From assembly GCA_044225365.1 (NCBI GenBank), contig JBGAIQ010000005.1, forward strand, positions 128,001 to 192,000: a stretch of 64,000 nucleotides of DNA, written 5' to 3'. Both the position numbers and the translations under genes were made by a program. Shown piece by piece: positions 19,304 to 28,249 of this stretch (within the stretch, counting starts at the first letter, position 1; every line of letters begins with the position of its first letter). Under the pieces are notes generated by a model. The model made no database searches, was not told the DNA's origin, and saw only the letters and a list, made by a program, of their open reading frames with translations. This DNA comes from Planctomycetota bacterium. GTDB lineage: Bacteria; Planctomycetota; B15-G4; JADJEK01.

Positions 19304-19996
19304 CTACGAATCGGGAGCCTGATACATGTACCCCTTCCCCCGCACCGTGCGAACGATGCGAGGTGAATGCGGATCGTCGTGCAGTTTCTCGCGCAGGCGG
19401 ACGACATGCATGTCGATCGTACGGGTTTCGAGGCCGCGCGGATCGATGCGCCACACGTTGCGCAGGAGTTCTTCGCGCGCGACCGCGCGGCCGCTGTGGC
19501 GAGCGAGGTAGAGCAGCAGCTCCAGTTCGCGATTGCTGAGTTCCTCGCGCTTGCCATCCGCGAAGCGAACTTCGAGGCGACTGACGTCGACCTCGCCACC
19601 CTCGACCTGGATCTTCTTCAGGTCGACCGGGCGTTCGGCGGACCTGCGGATCACGGCTTCCACCCGGGCGAGGAGTTCCCGCGCCGAGAACGGCTTCACG
19701 ACGTAGTCGTCGGCCCCGAGCTTCAATCCCTTGACTCGATCCTCCTCCGCGCCGCGCGCAGTCAGGATGATGACGGGAAGCGTCGGGCGCGAATCGCGGA
19801 TCGCGGCGAGCACCTCGTTGCCATCGCGATCGGGCAGGCCGAGGTCGAGCAGGACGAGCGAGCAGTCGGACATCAGGGCCGACTCGAGACCCTCTTTCGC
19901 GGTGGCGGCCTCGACCGCCTCCATCCCCTCGGACTCGAGCGCGTCGACGACGCCCATTCGAATCGCCTTGTCGTCCTCGATCACGAGTATGCGCAT
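19304..19996 (-). CDS. OmpR/PhoB-family response regulator
   Basis: MRILVIEDD, LLDLGLP, IILTAR, GADDYVVKPF, RTIDMHVVRLREKL, TVRGKGY. GGAGG RBS before ATG 19996. Confidence 0.95.
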   Translation of the reverse strand: MRILVIEDDKAIRMGVVDALESEGMEAVEAATAKEGLESALMSDCSLVLLDLGLPDRDGNEVLAAIRDSRPTLPVIILTARGAEEDRVKGLKLGADDYVVKPFSARELLARVEAVIRRSAERPVDLKKIQVEGGEVDVSRLEVRFADGKREELSNRELELLLYLARHSGRAVAREELLRNVWRIDPRGLETRTIDMHVVRLREKLHDDPHSPRIVRTVRGKGYMYQAPDS

Positions 19997-20200
19997 GTCG
20001 CTCGTCTCCTCCAGCCAGGAATCGCTCTGCGATGGAAGCCGCGAGAAACGGACGACTTCGACGCGGGTTCGCGAACACCACTCCATCGACGCATTCTTTC
20101 GGAAGATATTCATATCGCGCGTAAATCGCGAGTAACCGCCCCGCCGACGCGCTTCCCTGCGGCCGTCGAGTCTGCTTGAATCCCCGAACACGCCGAGACT

Positions 20201-20285
20201 GCGAGGATGGCGGAACTGGCAGACGCACCAGTCTTAGAAGCTGGCGCCGAAAGGCATGGGGGTTCGAGTCCCCCTCCTCGCACCA
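20201..20285 (+). tRNA. tRNA-Leu(TAG)
   Basis: GCGAGGA/TCCTCGC acceptor stem, anticodon arm CCAGT-CTTAGAA-GCTGG, long variable arm GCCGAAAGGC, CCA end. Confidence 0.96.
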
Positions 20286-20314
20286 CTCCCCTTCCGCTTC
20301 CGGCGAATTCGAAG

Positions 20315-21121
20315 ATGCGAGACGATCGTGCCCCGGCCCTCGACCCAGCGCTCGTCGCACGCGTCGCGGACGCGGTCGCGCGCGCGAAGCGCGTTCTGTT
20401 CGTCACCGGAGCCGGGATCTCGGCCGAGTCGGGATTGCCGACCTATCGCGGGATCGGCGGATTGTACTCCTCGGGACTCACGCCCGAGGGCTACGCGATC
20501 GAGGACGCCCTCTCGGGCACGATGTTGGAAGATCGCCCCGAGATCTGCTGGCGCCACATCGCACAGATCGAAGCGGCCTGCCGCGGCGCGAGACCGAGTC
20601 GGGCTCACCGACTCGTCGCAGAGGTCGAGGAGCGATGCGAGCACGTCGTCGTCCTGACGCAGAACGTCGACGGATTGCACGCAGCGGCGGGATCGAAGGA
20701 CGTGATCGAGATCCACGGCAACGTCCATCGGCTCGTTTGCACGGGCTGCGGTCGGCGGCGAACGGTCGCGGATTACGCGGGACTCGCGATCCCGCCCTAC
20801 TGCGAGCACGCCGGGTGTTCCGCTCTCGTGCGGCCCGAGGTGGTGTTGTTCGGCGAGATGTTGCCGGGCGCCGCGATCGCGAAGCTCGAACGCGAAGTCG
20901 CGCGCGGATTCGACGTCGCATTCTCGATCGGCACGACGAGCGTCTTCCCCTACATCGCCTATCCCGTGCTCGCGACGAAGCGACGGGGCGGACTCGCGGT
21001 CGAGATCAATCCGGGGACGACGGAGGTGAGCGATCTCGTCGACGTCCGCCTGCCCTCCGGCGCGGGCGCCGCGCTCGGTGCGATCGTCGAAGCGCTACCG
21101 CCGAGCGGGCTCAACGCGTAG
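20315..21121 (+). CDS. cobB: NAD-dependent protein deacylase (sirtuin)
   Basis: TGAGISAESGLPTYRG, TQNVDGLH, IHGN, CTGC...C zinc ligands, RPEVVLFGE, IGTTSVFPY. Confidence 0.92.
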   Translation: MRDDRAPALDPALVARVADAVARAKRVLFVTGAGISAESGLPTYRGIGGLYSSGLTPEGYAIEDALSGTMLEDRPEICWRHIAQIEAACRGARPSRAHRLVAEVEERCEHVVVLTQNVDGLHAAAGSKDVIEIHGNVHRLVCTGCGRRRTVADYAGLAIPPYCEHAGCSALVRPEVVLFGEMLPGAAIAKLEREVARGFDVAFSIGTTSVFPYIAYPVLATKRRGGLAVEINPGTTEVSDLVDVRLPSGAGAALGAIVEALPPSGLNA

Positions 21122-22799
21122 CGGTCGCCGCGGCGAGGAATTCGGTCGCGCTCATCCCGGGCCGATACAGCCCCAGGATCGCCGATTCCGACGCGATGAC
21201 GCCCCCCGTGACGAGCCCGGCCGCGAACCTCTCGGCGCGCGCTCGATCGCAGGGGTAGTCCTTCTCGAACGTCATCGGTTCGTGCTCGTCGATCGCGCCG
21301 ACGAGCGCGAGTCGCTGGACGAATGGGAAGAGCGGATGGTGGCAGCCGAGGTCGTGATATCCGAAGAGCACGGCCTTCGCTTCGAGCAGCACGTTCTGCA
21401 ACTCGCCGACGGCGAGTTCGCGCGGCGTGAGGTTCTTCCTCGCGCAGAGCGCAGCCGCCGCGCCAGCGGCCTGACCGACCGCCATCACGACGGGCTGCAG
21501 CCGCGTGCACCCGTTCACGATGTGCGTGACCGCGTAGCTCTTCTCGGCGACGAGGAGTCCATCGACCCGAAGCGGGACGAGCGCCCCGTAAGGCACCTGG
21601 AACGGCCCGTTTCCGGGATAGTCCTCGTGAAGGCGCTGGTCCTCGGGCAGATGTCGCTTCGCATGATGATGGTCGAGGTAGTAGTCGCCGACCGCGATCG
21701 CATCCTTACGCAGCGGTGCGCGAACGGCGCCGTCGCGCGGCAGGACGTCGTCCTCCTTCAGCGTGACGACGCCGATCTGCCGCCGGCACTCGCGCACGTA
21801 CGGGATGAACGGAAGCAGATCGGCGGTGCCGTACTGCGTTTCGTCGAGGCCCCATTCCGGGTGCTTCAGTTCGCGCTGCATCAATCGCACGAAGGCGAGC
21901 GTGCGGCGGCGCGCCAACGCGAGTTCGCGATCGCGAACCGCGCGATCCTCGATCATCGCGCGAGAGACGGGGTGATCGTTCGCGTGGAACGGCCAGTTGA
22001 GGAGGTAGCGATCGTTCGGCACTCGCGAGTAGGAGAGGAAGCCCTTCCAGTCGAAGAGCTTGTGATTCCAATGCGACGGATCCTGCGTCGACGCGAACTC
22101 CGCGATCGTTCCGTCGAAGTCTCGCGCGGCGATCCCGTCTTGTGCGGCGACCGGCGGAGCGACGCCGTCGAACTTCCGCAAGATCGCGCAATAGGTCAGG
22201 TCCTGGATCTCGTCGTCGGGCTCCCTCGGCGCGTGGTCCTCACCCGTCTCCGCGTGCGATTCGCGACCGATCCGATGATCCACCATCGCGAGCGGCAGGA
22301 AGTCGCCCCATTCGGTCGCGTCGATCGTGACGGACGCCCGCACCGAATGCACTTCGCCCTTCCACTCGATGACGGCGCCAACGACCCGGGTCTGCTCGAG
22401 GCTCGCCGCGACGACCCGTGCGCCGTGCCAGACCTCGACCGCACTGCGCTTCGCCGTCGCGCGCAACCACTCGGCCGCGACTCTCGGTTCGAAGCACGAG
22501 TCGCTCACCCACCCGGTCTTCAGCTTCTGCGGGCCGCCGTAGTACGCCTCGAGATGGTCCCGCAACTCGCGCAGGATGCCGCCGCTCATCTCGCCCTTGT
22601 TGCCATCGAGGGCGGAGACTCCCGCCGCGGTGATCATCCCGCCGAGCCACGGCGTTTCCTCGACGAGGAGGACGCGAGCGCCCATGCGCCCCGCCTGGAT
22701 CGCCGCCGCGGATCCCGCGACGCCTCCGCCGAGGATCAAGACGTCGTACGCAACGCGACTCGAAGGAGCATCAGCTGACGGCGATCCCGAATACGCCAT
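21111..22799 (-). CDS. FAD-dependent oxidoreductase (FAD_oxidored family) with an SLH-like tail
   Basis: DVLILGGGVAG, WLGGMITAAGVSALDGN, IDATEWGD, PYVRECRR, YYLDHHH, VPYGALVP, NGCTRLQPVVM. Confidence 0.85.
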   Translation of the reverse strand: MAYSGSPSADAPSSRVAYDVLILGGGVAGSAAAIQAGRMGARVLLVEETPWLGGMITAAGVSALDGNKGEMSGGILRELRDHLEAYYGGPQKLKTGWVSDSCFEPRVAAEWLRATAKRSAVEVWHGARVVAASLEQTRVVGAVIEWKGEVHSVRASVTIDATEWGDFLPLAMVDHRIGRESHAETGEDHAPREPDDEIQDLTYCAILRKFDGVAPPVAAQDGIAARDFDGTIAEFASTQDPSHWNHKLFDWKGFLSYSRVPNDRYLLNWPFHANDHPVSRAMIEDRAVRDRELALARRRTLAFVRLMQRELKHPEWGLDETQYGTADLLPFIPYVRECRRQIGVVTLKEDDVLPRDGAVRAPLRKDAIAVGDYYLDHHHAKRHLPEDQRLHEDYPGNGPFQVPYGALVPLRVDGLLVAEKSYAVTHIVNGCTRLQPVVMAVGQAAGAAAALCARKNLTPRELAVGELQNVLLEAKAVLFGYHDLGCHHPLFPFVQRLALVGAIDEHEPMTFEKDYPCDRARAERFAAGLVTGGVIASESAILGLYRPGMSATEFLAAATATR

Positions 22800-22807
22800 A
22801 GCTTGTT

Positions 22808-23464
22808 CTAGCCACGCTTCTCCGGGTCGTAGCGTTCGAGGATCTCGGCGAGTCGGGAGAGCGCGCGATGCAGCAGATTCCGCACCGAGTCCTCGGTGCG
22901 ATCCATCTGCGTCGCGACCTCGGCACGCGACAACCCGACGAAGCGCGACAGCATGATGACGTCGCGATACTCCTGCGGGAGTTCGTCGAAGGCGTGCTCG
23001 ATCTTCTCGATGTACTCCCGTGCGAGGAGCTCGCGCGACGGAGACATCACCGTGCGGTACGCGTTCGCCAGGCGATCGTCGTCGCTGCCCGAACTGTGCG
23101 ACGGCGTCTCGACGCGGATCTCGAGCTTCGCGTCGCGCTTCCCCGCCATGTAGAACTCTTGGCGATTCGACAGCTTCCGGAGCGCGGTCGCGTACAGCCA
23201 GTGCTTGAACCCGTTCTCCCCCGGATACTGGAAGCGGTCCATGTGCTGGAGGACTTCACGGCATACGGACTGGGCCAGATCGGAGCAGGACTCGCGGGCA
23301 CGAATCGTGGGCCCCATGCGGAGTCGGATGAACGCGCGCAATCCCGGGAGATGGCGATCGAGGAGTTGATCGACGGCGACCATGTCGCCGCGAGCGGCCG
23401 CGTCGACGAGTTTCTTCTCCTCGAGCTTGTTCGGATCGGGTGCTTCCGGCGGCGTGGGTTCCAT
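22808..23464 (-). CDS. ECF-family RNA polymerase sigma factor (planctomycete type)
   Basis: LVDAAARGD, LRAFIRLRMG, SDLAQSV, FKHWL, LPQEYRDVIMLSRFVGLSRAEVA...SVRNLLHRALSRL. Confidence 0.9.
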   Translation of the reverse strand: MEPTPPEAPDPNKLEEKKLVDAAARGDMVAVDQLLDRHLPGLRAFIRLRMGPTIRARESCSDLAQSVCREVLQHMDRFQYPGENGFKHWLYATALRKLSNRQEFYMAGKRDAKLEIRVETPSHSSGSDDDRLANAYRTVMSPSRELLAREYIEKIEHAFDELPQEYRDVIMLSRFVGLSRAEVATQMDRTEDSVRNLLHRALSRLAEILERYDPEKRG

Positions 23465-23576
23465 GGGACGAATCCTACCTTGCGCCGGTCCTTGTTCCCA
23501 ACAACGGCGCGCGGCAAGATTCTCGAATGGGCCCGCGTCCGGAGATTCCGACCTTTCCCCGCGTCCTGGAACTCGC

Positions 23577-26417
23577 TTGAAGCACCGATTCGAACGCATC
23601 TTCGCCGCGCTCGTCGTCGCGTGCATCGGTTTCGCCGTCGCAACGATCGTCGAATCCGCACTCCGCAATTCTGAGAATCGAGACGTCGCGCCGACCGCGG
23701 GCGACGGCTGGAGGCTCGCCGGTCGCGAGAGCGCCGACGTCGACCGGGCGGGAAGGCGCCTGGAGATCCACCCCACCGAACGACTGTCGATCGGTCGCGA
23801 CCGGGCGCCCTTCCGCTTCGCAAGCGTCGAACTCGAGTTCGATCGCCTAAGACCCAATTCCGACCTCGACGTCGCGTTCGACTCGGGTACGGGCGGGACG
23901 AGCGACTCCGGTGACGGCGAGTTCTTCGTCCGATTCGGTTCATCCGAATCCTTCGGAGTGATGTTCGGGAAGCGAGGCATCGATGGCTCGGTGAAACTCG
24001 TCGCGCAGGACAAGACTCCCGCGGCGATCCGGGCCACGTCGGGCGCGCGGCGCATCGCGATCCGGCTCGATCACGACCAACTCGTCGTCGAGGTCGATGG
24101 CCAAGAGTGGCTGCACGCAGCGGGCGCGACGGATCTCGAACTGGCCGCCGTCGATCTCGTCGCGAACGGCGGCGAGATCGCCCTTCGCCACGCCCGCATG
24201 CAAGGCCGGATCGACGACGACCCACTCGAGGTCGTCGTCGATCCGACCGCCGGACGCAGTGCCTCGAAGATCGCGCTCACGACTGCCGCGTTGGCGATTC
24301 CGCTCGGATTCGCGCTCTTCGTGCTTCTGTTTCTCGCAGCCTGCACCACCGCGCTCCCACCGCTCCGACGCCTCGCGCTCGCGACCGGAATCGCTCTCTC
24401 GCCGAGTGCGCTCCTGCGCATCGCGACGAGCCCGACGACATGGGTGAGCGACGGATTCCTCGCGAGCGAGAACGCCGTACTCGTCGCCGCGGCGCTCGGG
24501 CTCCTGATCGGACTTCTCTTCCTGCGAACCCATCTCGCTGCGGGCGACGCGAGTCGACTGGAGAACACGCTACGAATCGCACTCGGAGCGACGGCGGTCG
24601 CCTTCACCGGCATTTCTCTCTACCGTCACGCTCATGAAGCGTTCTTGCCACTGGAGTCCGCCGAACGCGCCGCGGTGAAGCTCGTCCTCCATCCCGAGCC
24701 CGAGTCGCACGCGGCGATCGATCTCGACGCCGGGAACTCGCTGGCCCTCCCGAGCCGGGTCCGCGACGGAGACCTCCATCTGCGGTTCACGCTCGATCCG
24801 GATTCGATCCTGCAGGTTCGCTTGCGCGAAGCGCGACCGAGCTGGCCGGAGGGCGTCTCGTTCTTCGTCTCACGCGACCCGCGCTTCGAAAGCGGTTTCT
24901 ACGTGGAGACGCGCGGTGACTTCGTGCGCCTCGCCGGCGATCTCGACCTGCTGCGAGGCGATCCGTCCGCCGAGCACGTGCTCCATCTCGAAGCCGTCGG
25001 TCGCCGTTTCCACGCCACGCTCGACGCATCGCGAAGCGTGACGGCGACGACGCCGATGTTCCCGCAAGGCGCCTGCCGCGTCCTGGCGGCGCGCGGGCGC
25101 GTACACGTGAGCCTCGCTCGAACGACCCCGCGTCCGGATCTCGAGCCCCTCGCCGACGGCGTGGCCGCCGATCGGCGAGCCGCGCTCGTCGACTCGAGCC
25201 GCGCTCCGCTCCTCGCGCTGCTCCTTTCGTGCGTGCTCGCACTCGGCCTGCGACTCGCATTCCCTACCACGCTCCTGCTCGTCGGGCTCGCGATGGCACC
25301 GCTGCCGATCGCCCTGTCCGTGGTTCGCGCCTCCCCGTCCACAGGGCACGACGAACTCGCGCGCGCCGTCGTCGCCACGCTCTTCCTGCTGCTCGTTCCT
25401 TGGATCGCTCACGCGAAGCGGCTGCAAGGAGCCCGCACGATCGCGTTTCCGATCCATCTCCTGCTGTCGCTCCTCCTCGCGCAGCGTGGCCGCGCGCTCC
25501 TCGATCCGCCCATCCATCTCGTGAGCGACGAGTTCGTGAGCCGAATGCCGATGTCTCACTGGTCGGGAGATCGTCTCGTCGACGAGCTGCTCTGGCTCAC
25601 CCATCCGTGCTTCCGGCGCTGGAACATCTACCTCGCGAATCACTCGTTCCGCGATCGAAACCATGCGGTTGCACGCGTTCCCGGCACTCTTCGGGTCATG
25701 TGCATCGGCAGCTCCAGCACCTACGGCGCCGAGGCCAAGACGCCGTATCCCCTCGGCCTCGAGCAACTCCTCCAGAAGGACGGCCGTTCCGTCGAGGTGA
25801 TCAATGCGGGCGTGCGCGGTTCCGTCGGGAATCAGCTCGTCCGGCTGCTGCGAGATCAGCTTGGCCAGTTCGCACCCGACGTCGTCACGGTCTCGCTGTT
25901 CTACAACGACGCCTACTCCCTGACGCAGAGTGACAACGAGGCCTACCTGCAGCGCCTGATCGAGGCCGGCGAGGGACGTGATCGCTTCATCGATGCGAAG
26001 TTCGAGAAGGAGATCGCGAACGGCGCCGAACGTTATCGAACGTTGTCGAGCGCGATGGACGAATCCGCGATCGCCGCCGCCGCCGCGAATCCCGGTTCCC
26101 CTCCGGCGCGGTTCGAACGCATGCTGCGTCGCTTCATCGATCTCTCGCGCGAACGCGACTTCCGGCTCGTCTTCATCGAGGAACCCGTGCGCGGCGACGA
26201 GCCCCACCTGTGGAAGAAGGAGTTCCGCGCGGTGATGGATCGCCTCGGCCGAGAGTTCGAATTGTCGGTGGTCGATCCCACACCCGCGATGCTGCGAAAG
26301 GGCGGCGCCAAACTGTTCGTCGACTCGATCCATCCGAACGAGCAGGGCCACGCGATCGTGGCGGAAACCCTGCTCCCGGTGATCGAGCGCGAGCTCGATC
26401 GACGCGCCGGTCGCTGA
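23577..26417 (+). CDS. Multi-pass membrane protein with periplasmic beta-sandwich domains and a C-terminal SGNH/GDSL hydrolase
   Basis: Several TM clusters; SGNH blocks IGSSSTYG, INAGVRG, FYND, DSIHPN. Start uncertain (TTG 23577 proposed). Confidence 0.75.
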   Translation: MKHRFERIFAALVVACIGFAVATIVESALRNSENRDVAPTAGDGWRLAGRESADVDRAGRRLEIHPTERLSIGRDRAPFRFASVELEFDRLRPNSDLDVAFDSGTGGTSDSGDGEFFVRFGSSESFGVMFGKRGIDGSVKLVAQDKTPAAIRATSGARRIAIRLDHDQLVVEVDGQEWLHAAGATDLELAAVDLVANGGEIALRHARMQGRIDDDPLEVVVDPTAGRSASKIALTTAALAIPLGFALFVLLFLAACTTALPPLRRLALATGIALSPSALLRIATSPTTWVSDGFLASENAVLVAAALGLLIGLLFLRTHLAAGDASRLENTLRIALGATAVAFTGISLYRHAHEAFLPLESAERAAVKLVLHPEPESHAAIDLDAGNSLALPSRVRDGDLHLRFTLDPDSILQVRLREARPSWPEGVSFFVSRDPRFESGFYVETRGDFVRLAGDLDLLRGDPSAEHVLHLEAVGRRFHATLDASRSVTATTPMFPQGACRVLAARGRVHVSLARTTPRPDLEPLADGVAADRRAALVDSSRAPLLALLLSCVLALGLRLAFPTTLLLVGLAMAPLPIALSVVRASPSTGHDELARAVVATLFLLLVPWIAHAKRLQGARTIAFPIHLLLSLLLAQRGRALLDPPIHLVSDEFVSRMPMSHWSGDRLVDELLWLTHPCFRRWNIYLANHSFRDRNHAVARVPGTLRVMCIGSSSTYGAEAKTPYPLGLEQLLQKDGRSVEVINAGVRGSVGNQLVRLLRDQLGQFAPDVVTVSLFYNDAYSLTQSDNEAYLQRLIEAGEGRDRFIDAKFEKEIANGAERYRTLSSAMDESAIAAAAANPGSPPARFERMLRRFIDLSRERDFRLVFIEEPVRGDEPHLWKKEFRAVMDRLGREFELSVVDPTPAMLRKGGAKLFVDSIHPNEQGHAIVAETLLPVIERELDRRAGR

Positions 26418-26585
26418 CGCACGCTCGTCCTGCCGGCAGCGACAAGATCGCGCTCTGCGAACATCAAGCCCTCGTTGAATCATGGTTTCGCGCGCCCCGA
26501 TCCGGCCTCGAAACGGTACTTTCTCACGAGATGTACGGTGTCGATGGCCCGCGTCGACACAACACCTTGGATCCAAGAACCACCC

Positions 26586-27995
26586 ATGAAGACACCCGTC
26601 GCATCCGCCCTGCTCCTCTCCGCGCTCTTCATCGGCGCGTCGAACGCCCTCGCCACGGAGGCGCTGCGCGTCGCGATCTACAACGTTCAGTCGCTGAACC
26701 TCGCGACGCAGGGTTACACCGACATGCTCGCCATCATCAAGCGGATGGACGCGGACGTGATCATGCTCGAGGAGGTGACGGGCAACGCCGAAGTCGCGGC
26801 GGTCCCCGCGCTCGCCACGGCGGCGGGTTATCCGTTCTCCGTCGTCGCGACCGCGCAAGGCACGTTGACGGGCGACCTGCACGACGCGATCCTGTCGCGG
26901 TATCCGATCGTGAGCAGCAAGTCGTGGAGCGCGGCGCAGATCTCTGGCGATCCAACGGCCAACGACATCACGCGCGACATCCTCGAGGCGCAGGTCAGCG
27001 TGCCCAACGTTTGCGGGAACATCGGGTTCTTCTCCGTGCATTTGAAGTCGGGCAGTACGTCGACCGACGACTTCCGCCGCGCGATCGAACTGCGCCGCGT
27101 GAAGAAGGTGATCGAAAACTTCCTCGCGACGAATCCCACGTCGCAGGTCTTCTTCGGCGGCGACCTCAATGACGACGTCAACGACGGCCCGTTCGGCGCG
27201 ACGTTCAACGCACTGCCTTCCGGACTTCCGGCGAGCTTCGACCTCGGCAACGACATGACCTTCCCCGTCGTGTACGACCCGTTCAACTACATCGCGTCGA
27301 TCGGTGGCCTGTCGCTCACGATGGCCGACACGACGAGCGAAGATTGCACGACCTGCTACGCGACCCGCGTCAGTTCCGGACGTCGTCTCGACTATCTCTT
27401 CGCGCGCGCGAGCACGATCGATCTCGGCGACGAGATCTACGCCTCGCCGTCCGACAACGGGATCGACGACGCCCCGAGCGGCAACTACCTCGACAAGGCG
27501 TTCGCGCCGCTCCTCGCGGGAGCGAGCAACTCGGCCGCGGATCACTACTCGGTGTTCGTCGACTACCTCTTGAACAGTTGCGACGGCTCCCGATTCGGTT
27601 CGGCCTATCCGGGGACGCATCTGCTGACACCGCGCGCCGGCATCAAGGGCAACGCAAAGATCGGCGACGCCACGTTCGGCCTGCGTCTCGTCTATGGTCG
27701 ACCGTCGTCGAGCGCCGTGCTCGTCCTCGGCTCGCAGAAACTCGCGCCGCCGAGCGGATTCCCGCTCGCCCCCTACGTCCCGGGTGCGAACCTCTACGTC
27801 GACGTGATCTCCGCCTACGGGATCTTCGTCACCGCGACCGACGCCAAGGGCGACTCGACGTTCCCGTTGCCGCTACCGAACTCGGCGACGCTCCTCGGGT
27901 TGAAGTTCGAATCGCAGTGGTTCGTCTCCGATGCCGGCGCACCGAACGCGATCGGCGCGATGAGCGACGCCTACGAAGTCATCGTCCACGGCTGA
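26586..27995 (+). CDS. Secreted endonuclease/exonuclease/phosphatase (EEP) family protein with C-terminal sorting-like module
   Basis: Signal peptide; YNVQ, DVIMLEEV, SVHLKS, GGDLND, RRLDYLF, ADHYSV; C-terminal FGSAYPG...LPLPNSATLLG...QWFVSD...MSDA. Confidence 0.88.
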   Translation: MKTPVASALLLSALFIGASNALATEALRVAIYNVQSLNLATQGYTDMLAIIKRMDADVIMLEEVTGNAEVAAVPALATAAGYPFSVVATAQGTLTGDLHDAILSRYPIVSSKSWSAAQISGDPTANDITRDILEAQVSVPNVCGNIGFFSVHLKSGSTSTDDFRRAIELRRVKKVIENFLATNPTSQVFFGGDLNDDVNDGPFGATFNALPSGLPASFDLGNDMTFPVVYDPFNYIASIGGLSLTMADTTSEDCTTCYATRVSSGRRLDYLFARASTIDLGDEIYASPSDNGIDDAPSGNYLDKAFAPLLAGASNSAADHYSVFVDYLLNSCDGSRFGSAYPGTHLLTPRAGIKGNAKIGDATFGLRLVYGRPSSSAVLVLGSQKLAPPSGFPLAPYVPGANLYVDVISAYGIFVTATDAKGDSTFPLPLPNSATLLGLKFESQWFVSDAGAPNAIGAMSDAYEVIVHG

Positions 27996-28249
27996 CGCTC
28001 GCGTCGCGGATCGCGACAGCTCGGGCTTGCGAGATCATGGACGAATGCTAGATTCGATCCGCCTCGATTGGGATCGAGGTCTCTCGGAGATCGCAAACTC
28101 GCGCTGAAGTTCGAAGGCTTCGGCGGAGACGTGGAGTTCGCGAAAAGGTGCGCGCTCTCCGGGGAGCGAAAAGGGTACGTCAGGATCTCACGTCAACGAT
28201 CAGAGCGTCGTAGCCGGCGCATCTCCGTCGTTGCGTGTCGGAGCAATCG

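Noticed and set aside
20315-21121. Sirtuin as an anti-phage SIR2 effector (Thoeris/DSR)
   Set aside because: Canonical zinc-binding CobB deacylase of normal length in a housekeeping context.
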